Origin: Candidatus Latescibacterota bacterium
GTDB lineage: Bacteria > Krumholzibacteriota > Krumholzibacteriia > WVZY01 > JAKEHA01
Direction of reading: 5' to 3'
Length of the DNA: 64,000 nt
Assembly: GCA_963707635.1 (NCBI GenBank)
Contig: OY970173.1
Span: 2,208,001 to 2,272,000, forward strand
Shown here piece after piece: positions 49,116-57,752 of this stretch; within the stretch, counting starts at the first letter, position 1, and each line of letters starts with the position of its first letter. Below the pieces are notes generated by a model. It worked only from the letters and a program-made list of their open reading frames with translations, searched no databases and was not told the DNA's origin. Both the position numbers and the translations under genes were made by a program.

Positions 49116-49556
49116 TTACTGGCCGCTCGTCAGCGTGATGATGACCGTCACGCCGTCTTTGCCCAGCGCGTCGATGATGTAACCGTCCCAGGTACCGTCA
49201 CCATCCGGGTCCTGAGGCTGGTAGCCAACCTGGCCAGCGCCTGCAGCCGCACCGTCGACCGGCGAGTCCGCAACGCGCGAGAACGGGTTGACCAGCTGCG
49301 CACCGGCCGGGAGCAGACCCGTGAGGGTCGTGCCACCGGGCGTCACGTCGGCAGCAACGTCGGCCGCGTACACGCCGTCGTTCTGGACCGAGAAGTCCTC
49401 GGCCGCAAGCTGCGTCGTGTGCGCGTTCGACTTCGCCGACGCCTCTTTGGCGCGCGACTGCATGTTGATGAAGTTCGGAATCGCGATGGCCGCGAGAATG
49501 CCGATGATCACAACGACGATCATCAGCTCGATGAGAGTGAAACCTTTGTTACGCAC
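49116..49556 (-). CDS. pilA: Type IVa major pilin
   Basis: MRNKG|FTLIELMIVVVIIGILAAIAIPNF; strong AGGAGG RBS; own sigma54 promoter and terminator; follows pilR. Confidence 0.93.
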   Translation of the reverse strand: MRNKGFTLIELMIVVVIIGILAAIAIPNFINMQSRAKEASAKSNAHTTQLAAEDFSVQNDGVYAADVAADVTPGGTTLTGLLPAGAQLVNPFSRVADSPVDGAAAGAGQVGYQPQDPDGDGTWDGYIIDALGKDGVTVIITLTSGQ

Positions 49557-49633
49557 TGGACAACCTCCTATTTAGCTGTTGCGCGTAGGGTGAGTAACCA
49601 TCCGGATCGTTCATCGATCCTGACCCACCAATG

Positions 49634-49649
49634 GGCAAGTCGCATGCCA
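49634..49649 (-). promoter_or_regulatory. Sigma54 promoter of pilA
   Basis: TGGCAT-GCGAC-TTGCC. Confidence 0.8.
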
Positions 49650-49765
49650 ACTCGATTCCTGCCCGCCCGCCTGTATCTCATGCTTCCTTCCTGTGTTGGC
49701 GACGCACCGCGCGTTCCCCACCGCCATCGCGCCGCCGCGCCGGGCGGAGCCGCCGCGCCCCGCGA

Positions 49766-49782
49766 CGCAAAGTGCAGTTTGC
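49766..49782. promoter_or_regulatory. Candidate PilR binding site upstream of pilA
   Basis: CGCAAAGTGCAGTTTGC (contains GCAAA-N6-TTTGC), 117 bp upstream of the sigma54 element. Confidence 0.5.
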
Positions 49783-49789
49783 CGGGAAG

Positions 49790-51196
49790 CTAGTCGCTCT
49801 CCACCAGCTCCTGCTCGTGTTCGTGCTCCTTGTCCATCTTGTCGAGCCCGTAGCGCTGTATCTTCCGGTAGAGGGTGGAGGCGTTGATCCCGAGGATCTG
49901 GCTTGCGCGCTTCTTCTGCCAGTTGGTGTCGTTGAGCACCTTGATCAGGTACTCCCGCTCGAGCTCGTCCAGGGTGACCTGGGCCCGTTCTGTGATCAGG
50001 TGGTTCGCACCCGACTCGCGCTGGCGGATCTTGTCGGGCAGCGACTCTACCGTGATGTGGGCCGACTCTTCGAGGATCACGGCCCGTTCGACCACGTTTT
50101 CCAGCTCGCGGACGTTGCCCGGCCAGTCGTAGCTCACCAGCACCTCCATGGCGTCCTTCGCGATTCCCTTCTGGCGTTCGCTGGGGAGGTCGTCGTTGTA
50201 CTTGTGCAGGAAGTGCTGCACCAGGAGCGGAATGTCGTCCCGGCGCTTGCGCAGCGGCGGGAGGTGGACCGGGATCACGTTCAGGCGGTAGTACAGGTCG
50301 GCCCGGAAACGCTCGAGCTTGATCGCCTTCTCCAGGTCGGCGTTGGTGGCGGCGACCAGGCGCACGTCCACCTTGATCGGGTTGGTGCCGCCGACCGGGA
50401 TCACCTCGCGCTCCTGGAGGACGCGGAGCAGCTTGACCTGAATCGTCGGGGAGGTTTCGCCGATCTCGTCCAGGAAGAACGTGCCGCCCTGGGCGACCTT
50501 GAACAGTCCTTCCTTGTCCCGAATCGCCCCGGTGAAGGAGCCCTTCACGTGACCGAACAGCTCGCTTTCGAGCAGGCTCTCCGGCAGCGCCCCGCAGTTG
50601 ATGCTAACGAACGGGCCGTTCGCGCGTGACGAGCGGTAGTGGATCGCCCGCGCGATCAGCTCCTTGCCGGTGCCGCTCTCGCCGTAGATCAGAATGGTGG
50701 ATTCGGTGTCGGCGACCTTGTCCACGAGCTGGAAGATCTTGTGCATCTCCTCGCTCTTGCCGATGATGGTCTTGAGGTCCCCGGACTTGCGCAGTTGCTT
50801 CTTGAGGAGCACGTTTTCGGTGCGCACCTTGCGCATGTCCAGCGCGTTTCGCACCACCATCTTGATTTCCTCGTTCTTGGCGTGCTTGATGAGATAGTGG
50901 AACGCGCCCTGGTTGACCGCCTCGATGGCCGTTTTCTGCGACGCGTACGCGGTCATGATCACCACCGGCATGGTCGGGTCGAGGCCCTTGATCTCCTTCA
51001 GCACCTCGATGCCGTCCATGCCGGTCATCTTGATGTCGGTCAGCACGACGTCGTACTTGCTCGCCGCGATTTCCTCAATCGCGCGCTTGCCGGTGTTGAC
51101 GGTGGTGATCTCGTAGCCCTCCTTTCGAAGCATGATCGAAAGGAACTGGCACATGCTCTTCTCGTCGTCGACTACAAGAATGCGCTCTCCGGCCAT
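49790..51196 (-). CDS. pilR: Sigma54-dependent response regulator PilR (NtrC family)
   Basis: REC domain, GESGTGKE, GSFTGA, FFLDEIG, FRADLYYRLNV, WPGNVRELEN, Fis HTH; between pilS and pilA. Confidence 0.93.
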   Translation of the reverse strand: MAGERILVVDDEKSMCQFLSIMLRKEGYEITTVNTGKRAIEEIAASKYDVVLTDIKMTGMDGIEVLKEIKGLDPTMPVVIMTAYASQKTAIEAVNQGAFHYLIKHAKNEEIKMVVRNALDMRKVRTENVLLKKQLRKSGDLKTIIGKSEEMHKIFQLVDKVADTESTILIYGESGTGKELIARAIHYRSSRANGPFVSINCGALPESLLESELFGHVKGSFTGAIRDKEGLFKVAQGGTFFLDEIGETSPTIQVKLLRVLQEREVIPVGGTNPIKVDVRLVAATNADLEKAIKLERFRADLYYRLNVIPVHLPPLRKRRDDIPLLVQHFLHKYNDDLPSERQKGIAKDAMEVLVSYDWPGNVRELENVVERAVILEESAHITVESLPDKIRQRESGANHLITERAQVTLDELEREYLIKVLNDTNWQKKRASQILGINASTLYRKIQRYGLDKMDKEHEHEQELVESD

Positions 51197-51225
51197 GAAG
51201 CACTTCCCTTTCTATGGGACTCGAG

Positions 51226-52938
51226 TTACTTCGCGGCGGCGGCAACCTGCCGACTCGCCGCCGATCTCTTCGTTGCATCCGCCGGCGCACCCACCGGCAG
51301 CACAACCGTAAACTCAGCACCGCCGTTTTCGCGGTTGCGATACTCGATCACGCCCCCGTGGGCGACCACGATCTTGTTGGCGATCGCCAGCCCGAGGCCG
51401 GTGCCGCCCTCCTTGGTGGTGAAGAACGGCTCGAACATGCGCGCCATTTCCAGCGACTCGATTCCGGGCCCGCTGTCGGTGAACGAAACCCGCACCAGCC
51501 CGTGCTCCGACGCAAAGGCGGTGATCTCCAGGGTTCCCCGGTGGTCCATCGCCTCGCAGGCGTTGATCGCAAGATTCAGGAACACCTGCCGCATCTGCTC
51601 GTCGTCCATCCACACTTCCGGCAGCCGCGGGTGGCACTCCAGCCGGGTGCCTATGCCGTCGCTCTTCTCGGCGTTCTTCGACAATAGAGTGAGCGTCTCC
51701 TCGAGCGCCCGTTCCAGCTTCGTCGGGTACTTGCTCGGTGTTCGCAGCTTGGCGAAGTCGAGAAAGTCCGAGATGATGCGGTCCAGGCGGTCGGATTCGC
51801 GCATGATCAGCTCCATCAAACGCGTATTCTCGCCGTCGAGCTTCAGCTCGTTGTACAGCATCTCGATCGAGCCGCTGATCGAGGCCAGCGGGTTGCGCAA
51901 CTCGTGCGCTATCCCGGCCGACAGCTCGCCGATCGCGGCCAGGCGGTCCGCCTTGCGGACGCGCTCCCGCATCTCGTGGACCTCGGTGAGGTCCTGGAAC
52001 ACCGCGATCGCGCCCCGCCGGCGCATGGAATCCTCGGTCAGAAACGAAATACTGATCCCCAGCGGCCGCGAGCCGCCAGCGCGCGTTCGCGCCACGATCT
52101 CCTTGCGGTGGGTGCCGCGCGTCGTCGCCAGCGCCGCGGTCAGTTCCCCCGCCAGGTCCGGTACCCGTTGCCCGAGCGCGTCCACCACGCTGCGCCCGAT
52201 CACCTCGGCACCGCCGATTTCCAGAATGTCGCCAGCGGCGGCGTTCATCGTCACTACCCTTCCGCCTTCGTCGACGACCAGCACGCCGCTGCTCATATTC
52301 TCCAGGATGTAGTTCGTGTCGACCCGCAGCTGCTCGAGCGCGGTCTCGGCGTGCTCGAGCGCGCGGCCCTTGAGTTTGATCCGTTCGGCGAGATGGCCGC
52401 CCAGCGTTCCTACCAGGAAGAACATCGACGCGTGCATGTAGGCGTCGATCACGCCGCTGGTCCGGGACGTCGCGAACACTTCTTTCCCCGGCGGCGTCAC
52501 CCAACCGTGCGCTTCCAGAGCCTGGTAGCCCACGAAGCACAGCGACGACAGCATCGCGGTGGCCAGCCCGCCCGGCATCGCCAGCACGAACGCCGCGGCG
52601 GCGATCGTGAGGCAGAAGACGGTGGTAAACTGCCCGCCCGCGCCGCCGCTGTAGTGGACGATTGCGACTTCCAGCGCGACGTCCGCCATCGTCACCGCCC
52701 ACGCCACGCGCCGGGTCGGCGCTCCGAGTCGCGTCGCGCCGTAGGCGGCCGCGCCCACCAGCACGCTCAGCACCAGCACGGTGTAGAGCGGACGCACCGC
52801 GAAGGTTTCGTCGGTAAAGCCGACGATGGTAACCCCCGCGCCTACCACCAGGCTGGCGACGATCGTGCGCAGGACCAAAAACCTGTCCAGCGCGCGACGA
52901 TCGTTGGGATCGGCCGCGTTCGCCCCCGCCACGTCCAC
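51226..52938 (-). CDS. pilS: Sensor histidine kinase PilS
   Basis: About 6 TM segments, PAS domain, AGIAHELRNPL H-box, NLAINA, DSGPG, FEPFFTTK, GTGLGL. Confidence 0.92.
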   Translation of the reverse strand: MDVAGANAADPNDRRALDRFLVLRTIVASLVVGAGVTIVGFTDETFAVRPLYTVLVLSVLVGAAAYGATRLGAPTRRVAWAVTMADVALEVAIVHYSGGAGGQFTTVFCLTIAAAAFVLAMPGGLATAMLSSLCFVGYQALEAHGWVTPPGKEVFATSRTSGVIDAYMHASMFFLVGTLGGHLAERIKLKGRALEHAETALEQLRVDTNYILENMSSGVLVVDEGGRVVTMNAAAGDILEIGGAEVIGRSVVDALGQRVPDLAGELTAALATTRGTHRKEIVARTRAGGSRPLGISISFLTEDSMRRRGAIAVFQDLTEVHEMRERVRKADRLAAIGELSAGIAHELRNPLASISGSIEMLYNELKLDGENTRLMELIMRESDRLDRIISDFLDFAKLRTPSKYPTKLERALEETLTLLSKNAEKSDGIGTRLECHPRLPEVWMDDEQMRQVFLNLAINACEAMDHRGTLEITAFASEHGLVRVSFTDSGPGIESLEMARMFEPFFTTKEGGTGLGLAIANKIVVAHGGVIEYRNRENGGAEFTVVLPVGAPADATKRSAASRQVAAAAK

Positions 52939-52950
52939 GTCGTTGCCGGC

Positions 52951-54165
52951 CTACCCGTTGCCGACGATGGTCACGAGCTTGAACATCGGGAGGTACATCG
53001 CGATCAGCATGCCGCCGACCACCACGCCCATGATGACGATCATCACGGGCTCGATGACCGCGGTCAGCGCGTCGACGGCCGTGTCGACTTCGCTGTCGTA
53101 GAAGGTCGCGATCTTGTCCAGCATTTCATCGAGCGCGCCGGTCTGCTCGCCTACCGCGATCATCTGCGTCACCATCGGCGGGAACACGCCGCACTGCCGG
53201 AGCGGATCCGAGATCGTGTTGCCCTGGCTGATGCTTTCGCGCGTCGCCAGCACGGCTTGCTCGACCACGCGGTTGCCGGCGGTACGGGCCGTGATCTCCA
53301 ATCCCGAGAGAATCGGAACACCGCTGGAAATGAGGGTCCCGAGTGTGCGCGTGAAGCGCGCGACCGAGCCCTTGCGAATCACCATCCCCAGCACCGGCAT
53401 TTTCAAGAGCATGCGGTCAATATTCAAATGACCGGCGTCCGTCTTGTAGTAGCTCTTGATCGCCACTATGGCGCCAACGATGCCCGCGATGATCGCCCAC
53501 CAGAAGTTGCGAAGGAAATCACTGAGCATGATGACGATCTGCGTCGGAAGCGGCAGCTTGCCGCCGAAGTCGGAAAACATCTTGGCGAAGGTCGGGATGA
53601 TGAAGATGAGCATGAACGCGGTGGCGCCGATGGCCACCACCGCTACCACCGTCGGGTAGGTCAGGGCACTCTTGACCTTACGCTGCAACGCGTCGAGCTT
53701 CTCGAGGAACACGGCCAGCCGGGCCAGGATCACGTCGAGAATACCGCCGGCCTCGCCCGCCTCCACCATGTTGACGAAGAGCTGGTTGAAGATCTTGGGG
53801 TGTTTGGCCATCGCTTCGGCCAGCGTGGAGCCGCCCTCGACGTCGGTCATGACGCGGCCGATCGATTCCTTGAACACTTCCTTGTCGGACTGCTGCGACA
53901 GGATATCCAGGCACTGCACCATCGGCAGGCCGGCGTTGATCATGGTCGCAAACTGCCGCGTGAACACACTGATATCCTTGACGCCGATACGGTCCTTGAG
54001 CGGCAGGCGCATGTTGAGCTTGCTGGTCTTTTCCCGGACCGACGTGATGATGATCTTGCGTTTTCGCAGGTAGCCGACGAGCTCGTCCTTGTTCTCCGTG
54101 GCGTACTCGCCGGAGAGCAACTCACCGCTCGGGCTCCGTCCTTTCCATAGGTATGTCGTCGCCAT
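52951..54165 (-). CDS. pilC: Type IV pilus platform protein PilC (GspF family)
   Basis: FTRQFATMINAG, AGEAGGILD, SALTYP, VGEQTG.LD.ML, IEP, MYLPMF. Confidence 0.96.
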   Translation of the reverse strand: MATTYLWKGRSPSGELLSGEYATENKDELVGYLRKRKIIITSVREKTSKLNMRLPLKDRIGVKDISVFTRQFATMINAGLPMVQCLDILSQQSDKEVFKESIGRVMTDVEGGSTLAEAMAKHPKIFNQLFVNMVEAGEAGGILDVILARLAVFLEKLDALQRKVKSALTYPTVVAVVAIGATAFMLIFIIPTFAKMFSDFGGKLPLPTQIVIMLSDFLRNFWWAIIAGIVGAIVAIKSYYKTDAGHLNIDRMLLKMPVLGMVIRKGSVARFTRTLGTLISSGVPILSGLEITARTAGNRVVEQAVLATRESISQGNTISDPLRQCGVFPPMVTQMIAVGEQTGALDEMLDKIATFYDSEVDTAVDALTAVIEPVMIVIMGVVVGGMLIAMYLPMFKLVTIVGNG

Positions 54166-54202
54166 CGTCTAAACCCCCTCGGGATTTCCCGTGTTCGCCG
54201 TG

Positions 54203-55282
54203 CTACCGAGAACCGACCGGCTGTCCCAACATCGTCGACAGCTCCTGCGGGTCGCTGGTTCTGCGCATTGCCTCGTCGAGATCGATTTCCTTTGACACCA
54301 CCGCGTTGAAGAGCGCCTGATTCATGGTCTGCATGCCGTGCTTTTGCCCGGCCTGCATGAGCCCATATATCTGGTGGATCTTGTCGTCGCGGATGACGGC
54401 GCGGATGGCCGGGGTGCACACCATGACCTCGGTCACCAGCGCCCGCCCGCGCCCGCGCGCCCGCGGCACCAGCTGCTGCGCAAGGACCCCTTCCAGCACG
54501 AAGGCGAGCTGCGCGCGAACCTGGTTCTGCTGCGACGGTGGGAACGAATCCACGATGCGATTGATCGATTCGAAGGTGGAGTTGGTGTGGAGCGTGGCCA
54601 GCGTCAGATGCCCGGTTTCGGCGATGGTCAGCGCCGCCGACATGGTCTCGTGGTCGCGCATCTCACCCACCAGAATGACGTCGGGGTCCTGTCGCAGCAC
54701 GTGCTTGAGGGCGGCCCCGAACGTCTCCGTGTCGGATTTGATCTCGCGCTGATTCACGATGCACTTCTTGTGCTGGTGAATGTATTCGACGGGATCCTCG
54801 ATGGTGATGATGTGGCGCCGGCGCTCGCTGTTGATCTTGTCGATGATGCTGGCGAGCGTGGTCGACTTGCCCGAACCGGTGGGGCCGGTGACCAGCAGTA
54901 ACCCCTGCTGCTTCTTGGAGAGCTGCTCCATGACCGCGGGCAGCCCCAGCTCGCGAAAGGTCCGTATCTCGTAGGGAATCTGCCGGATGGCGAGCCCCAG
55001 GCAGCCGCGTTGCAGGTACGCGTTGCCGCGAAACCGGCTCATCCCCTTCACGCCGAACGAAAAGTCCAGCTCCTTGGTCGCCTCGAAGCGCTTCTGCTGC
55101 TCCTCGTTGAGCACGCTGTAGGCAATCGCCTGCGTCTGCTCGGGTGTGAGCGCGGGGCGGTCGGTGGCGATTACCTCGCCGTCGACGCGCAGCATGGGCG
55201 GAAGCCCGGCCGTGATGTGAAGGTCGGAAGCGCCCTTCTCGATCATTTCCTGCAGGAGGTCGCGAAGATTCACCATGGTCAT
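54203..55282 (-). CDS. pilT: Retraction ATPase PilT
   Basis: GPTGSGKSTT, EDPVE, LRQDPD..LVGEMRD, AETGHL..TLHT, AIRAVIRD, GMQTM; pilB-pilT-pilC order. Confidence 0.95.
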   Translation of the reverse strand: MTMVNLRDLLQEMIEKGASDLHITAGLPPMLRVDGEVIATDRPALTPEQTQAIAYSVLNEEQQKRFEATKELDFSFGVKGMSRFRGNAYLQRGCLGLAIRQIPYEIRTFRELGLPAVMEQLSKKQQGLLLVTGPTGSGKSTTLASIIDKINSERRRHIITIEDPVEYIHQHKKCIVNQREIKSDTETFGAALKHVLRQDPDVILVGEMRDHETMSAALTIAETGHLTLATLHTNSTFESINRIVDSFPPSQQNQVRAQLAFVLEGVLAQQLVPRARGRGRALVTEVMVCTPAIRAVIRDDKIHQIYGLMQAGQKHGMQTMNQALFNAVVSKEIDLDEAMRRTSDPQELSTMLGQPVGSR

Positions 55283-55316
55283 GTACTCTCCTCGAGTCTC
55301 GCTTTGACGGGTTGCA

Positions 55317-56999
55317 CTACTGCTTGGCCGTTTCGCGCAGGACTTCCTCCAGCGATGTCAGCCCATTCTTGAACTTTTCGATGCCGTCCATCCGTAGGGT
55401 CAGCATGCCTTCCTTTACGGCGAGGTTCTTGATTTCGGAATTCGATCCGCGGTCGATGATCATCTCGCGCAGGGTGGGGCTGATTTCCATGACCTCGTAC
55501 ACGCCCACGCGGCCCTTGTAGCCGGTGTCGTTGCACGCCGGGCAGCCCTTGGGCTCGTAGATGCGCAGCTCGTCCGGATTTTCCATGATGCCCAGCTCGC
55601 GGAGCACCTCCGCGTGCACGTTCGCCGGCGTCTTGCACTTGTCGCACAGGCGGCGCACCAGTCGTTGCGCGATGATCAGCAGCACCGAACTCGACACCAG
55701 AAACGGCTCGATACCCATATCGACCAGTCGGTTGATCGAACTGGCGGCGTCGTTGGTGTGGAGCGTGCTCAGCACGAGGTGACCGGTGAGCGCCGCCTTG
55801 GTGGCGATCGACGCGGTGTCGAGGTCTCGAATCTCACCGACCATGATGATATTGGGGTCCTGACGAAGGAAGGCGCGCAGCGCCGCGGCGAACGATAGTC
55901 CAATCGCCTCGTGGACGTTGACCTGGTTGATCCCGGTGATGTTGTACTCGACCGGATCCTCGGCGGTCATGATGTTCGAATGGATCTTGTTGATCTTCTG
56001 CAGCGCGCTGTACAGCGTCGTCGACTTACCGGAACCCGTCGGCCCGGTCGCCAGCACCATGCCGTAAGGGCTCTCGATGGCGTTCACGAAGCGCGCCAGC
56101 GCCGAGGGGTGGAATCCCAGGCGCTGCAGGTCGATCTGCAGGTTGCTCTGGTCGAGAATTCGCATCACGACCTTTTCGCCGAAAATGGTGGGCAGCGTGC
56201 TGACGCGCAGGTCGATCGGCTTGCCGTGCATGCGAATCTTGATGCGGCCGTCCTGCGGCACCCGTTTCTCCGCGATGTCCAGTTCCGCCATGATCTTCAG
56301 GCGCGAGATCATCGCGTTCTTCATCTTGAACGGCGGCGACATCATCTCGTGGAGCATGCCGTCGATGCGGAAACGCACCCGCATCTGCTTCTCGTAGGGT
56401 TCGATGTGAATATCGCTCGCTCCCCGGCCCACCGCGTCGGAGATGAGGCTGTTGACGAGCTTGACGACCGGGGCGTCGGCCGCGGCGGCGACCGCGCCGA
56501 TTTCGGCGTCTTCCTCCTCCTCGACGATCTCGAAGTCCTCCTCGATTTCGCCCATGATGGTGGCGAGCGAATCGGCGGAGTCGTAGAGCCGGTCGATGCA
56601 GCGCTTGATCGCCGTCTCGGTGGCGACTACCGGGCGCACGTCGAAGCCGGTGATGAACTTGATGTCGTCGATCGCGAAGATGTTGTCCGGGTTCGCCATC
56701 GCGACCGTGAGCGTGCGCCCCTCGCGCTTGAGCGGGACCACCTGGAACTTGGTGGCGACGTCGGTGGGGATCAGGTCGACTGCGTTGGGGTCGATGGGCA
56801 CGGCGTCCAGGTCGACGGCCGGGACGTTGTAGACCTGGCCCATGAACTCCGCGAAGGCCATCTCGGAGATGGCGCCTGTCTTCACCAGGTTGTAGCTGAG
56901 CGTGCCGCCGCCCGAGGTCTGCGATTCGAGCGCGCGGGCGAGCTGGTCCTGGCTGATGAGCGACGACTCGAGTAGTTTTTGCGCGATTCGATCTCTCAA
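55317..56999 (-). CDS. pilB: Assembly ATPase PilB
   Basis: ASDIHIEP, EKRVPQDGR, GPTGSGKSTTLY, LRQDP, tetracysteine CDKC/CPAC, GYKGR. TTG start after a GGAGG RBS; the ORF-track extension covers the promoter. Confidence 0.95.
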   Translation of the reverse strand: MRDRIAQKLLESSLISQDQLARALESQTSGGGTLSYNLVKTGAISEMAFAEFMGQVYNVPAVDLDAVPIDPNAVDLIPTDVATKFQVVPLKREGRTLTVAMANPDNIFAIDDIKFITGFDVRPVVATETAIKRCIDRLYDSADSLATIMGEIEEDFEIVEEEEDAEIGAVAAAADAPVVKLVNSLISDAVGRGASDIHIEPYEKQMRVRFRIDGMLHEMMSPPFKMKNAMISRLKIMAELDIAEKRVPQDGRIKIRMHGKPIDLRVSTLPTIFGEKVVMRILDQSNLQIDLQRLGFHPSALARFVNAIESPYGMVLATGPTGSGKSTTLYSALQKINKIHSNIMTAEDPVEYNITGINQVNVHEAIGLSFAAALRAFLRQDPNIIMVGEIRDLDTASIATKAALTGHLVLSTLHTNDAASSINRLVDMGIEPFLVSSSVLLIIAQRLVRRLCDKCKTPANVHAEVLRELGIMENPDELRIYEPKGCPACNDTGYKGRVGVYEVMEISPTLREMIIDRGSNSEIKNLAVKEGMLTLRMDGIEKFKNGLTSLEEVLRETAKQ

Positions 57000-57077
57000 G
57001 GACGTGCCCTCCGGCGCGTGTCGACGGCCGACCGTGATGTGGAACTGGCGAACAATGGTCCGGTTCGCGTGCAATTC

Positions 57078-57093
57078 CGCAATTCCTGTGCCA
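57078..57093 (-). promoter_or_regulatory. Sigma54 promoter of pilB-T-C-S-R
   Basis: TGGCAC-AGGAA-TTGCG. Confidence 0.8.
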
Positions 57094-57219
57094 CGCGTGC
57101 AATGACGCGCGCCGGCCTTCGACCCGGCGCGACCCGCCCACGTCGACCGCCGTGCACCGCGACCGGAAACGACGCGATGCGGCGCCACACGCGCGCGGCG
57201 GCGGCGCGCGGCGGCGGCG

Positions 57220-57236
57220 TGCAAAATGCGTTTTGC
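57220..57236. promoter_or_regulatory. Candidate PilR binding site upstream of pilB
   Basis: TGCAAAATGCGTTTTGC (contains GCAAA-N6-TTTGC), 127 bp upstream of the sigma54 element. Confidence 0.5.
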
Positions 57237-57286
57237 CCGACCCACCCGGCGAGGAACGCGAGAGCCGCCGGGCGCGCAGTCCGCGA

Positions 57287-57742
57287 CTACCGGCGGCTCG
57301 CCAGTGCCTGCAATCGTGCGATGGTTTGCGGCCCGATTCCGCGCACGCCGAGGACGTCGTCCCACGAAGTGAACGAACCTCGTCCACGCCTTGCCTCGAG
57401 GAGGCGCGAGGCAAGGACCGGACCAATGCCGGGCAGGAGCTCGAGCGAGTCTGCCGGCGCGGTGGAAAGGTAAACGAGCGGCTCGCGTTGGAAGGAAAGG
57501 GGAACGGAAGAAGTTGCCGGCCGGCCGTCGAGGCGGCCCGCGGGCGCGCGCCGGGTATCCCGCGAGCGGGAGTCCTCCCGTCGCGCGCCCATCTCCACGC
57601 CGGGTGTCGAGTCGTCCGCCGTCCTCGTTAGAGAGTAATCAGGCAGTGCGTCGCGGCTGTGCAGGAATACGTAGGCGACGTTCGACGCCCCGAGTCCGAT
57701 GACCAGCACACCCGCGCCCACCACCCGCCGCATCCACCCCAC
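57287..57742 (-). CDS. comEA: ComEA-like helix-hairpin-helix DNA-binding protein
   Basis: N-terminal hydrophobic segment; tandem HhH LELLPGIGPVLA..F.S.DD...VRGIGPQT. Confidence 0.8.
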   Translation of the reverse strand: MGWMRRVVGAGVLVIGLGASNVAYVFLHSRDALPDYSLTRTADDSTPGVEMGARREDSRSRDTRRAPAGRLDGRPATSSVPLSFQREPLVYLSTAPADSLELLPGIGPVLASRLLEARRGRGSFTSWDDVLGVRGIGPQTIARLQALASRR

Positions 57743-57752
57743 CCCCCCGGGT

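Noticed and set aside
49116..49556. Electrically conductive (e-)pilin
   Set aside because: Full-length 141-aa mature pilin with only 8 F/W/Y residues (about 6%) and long aromatic-free gaps.
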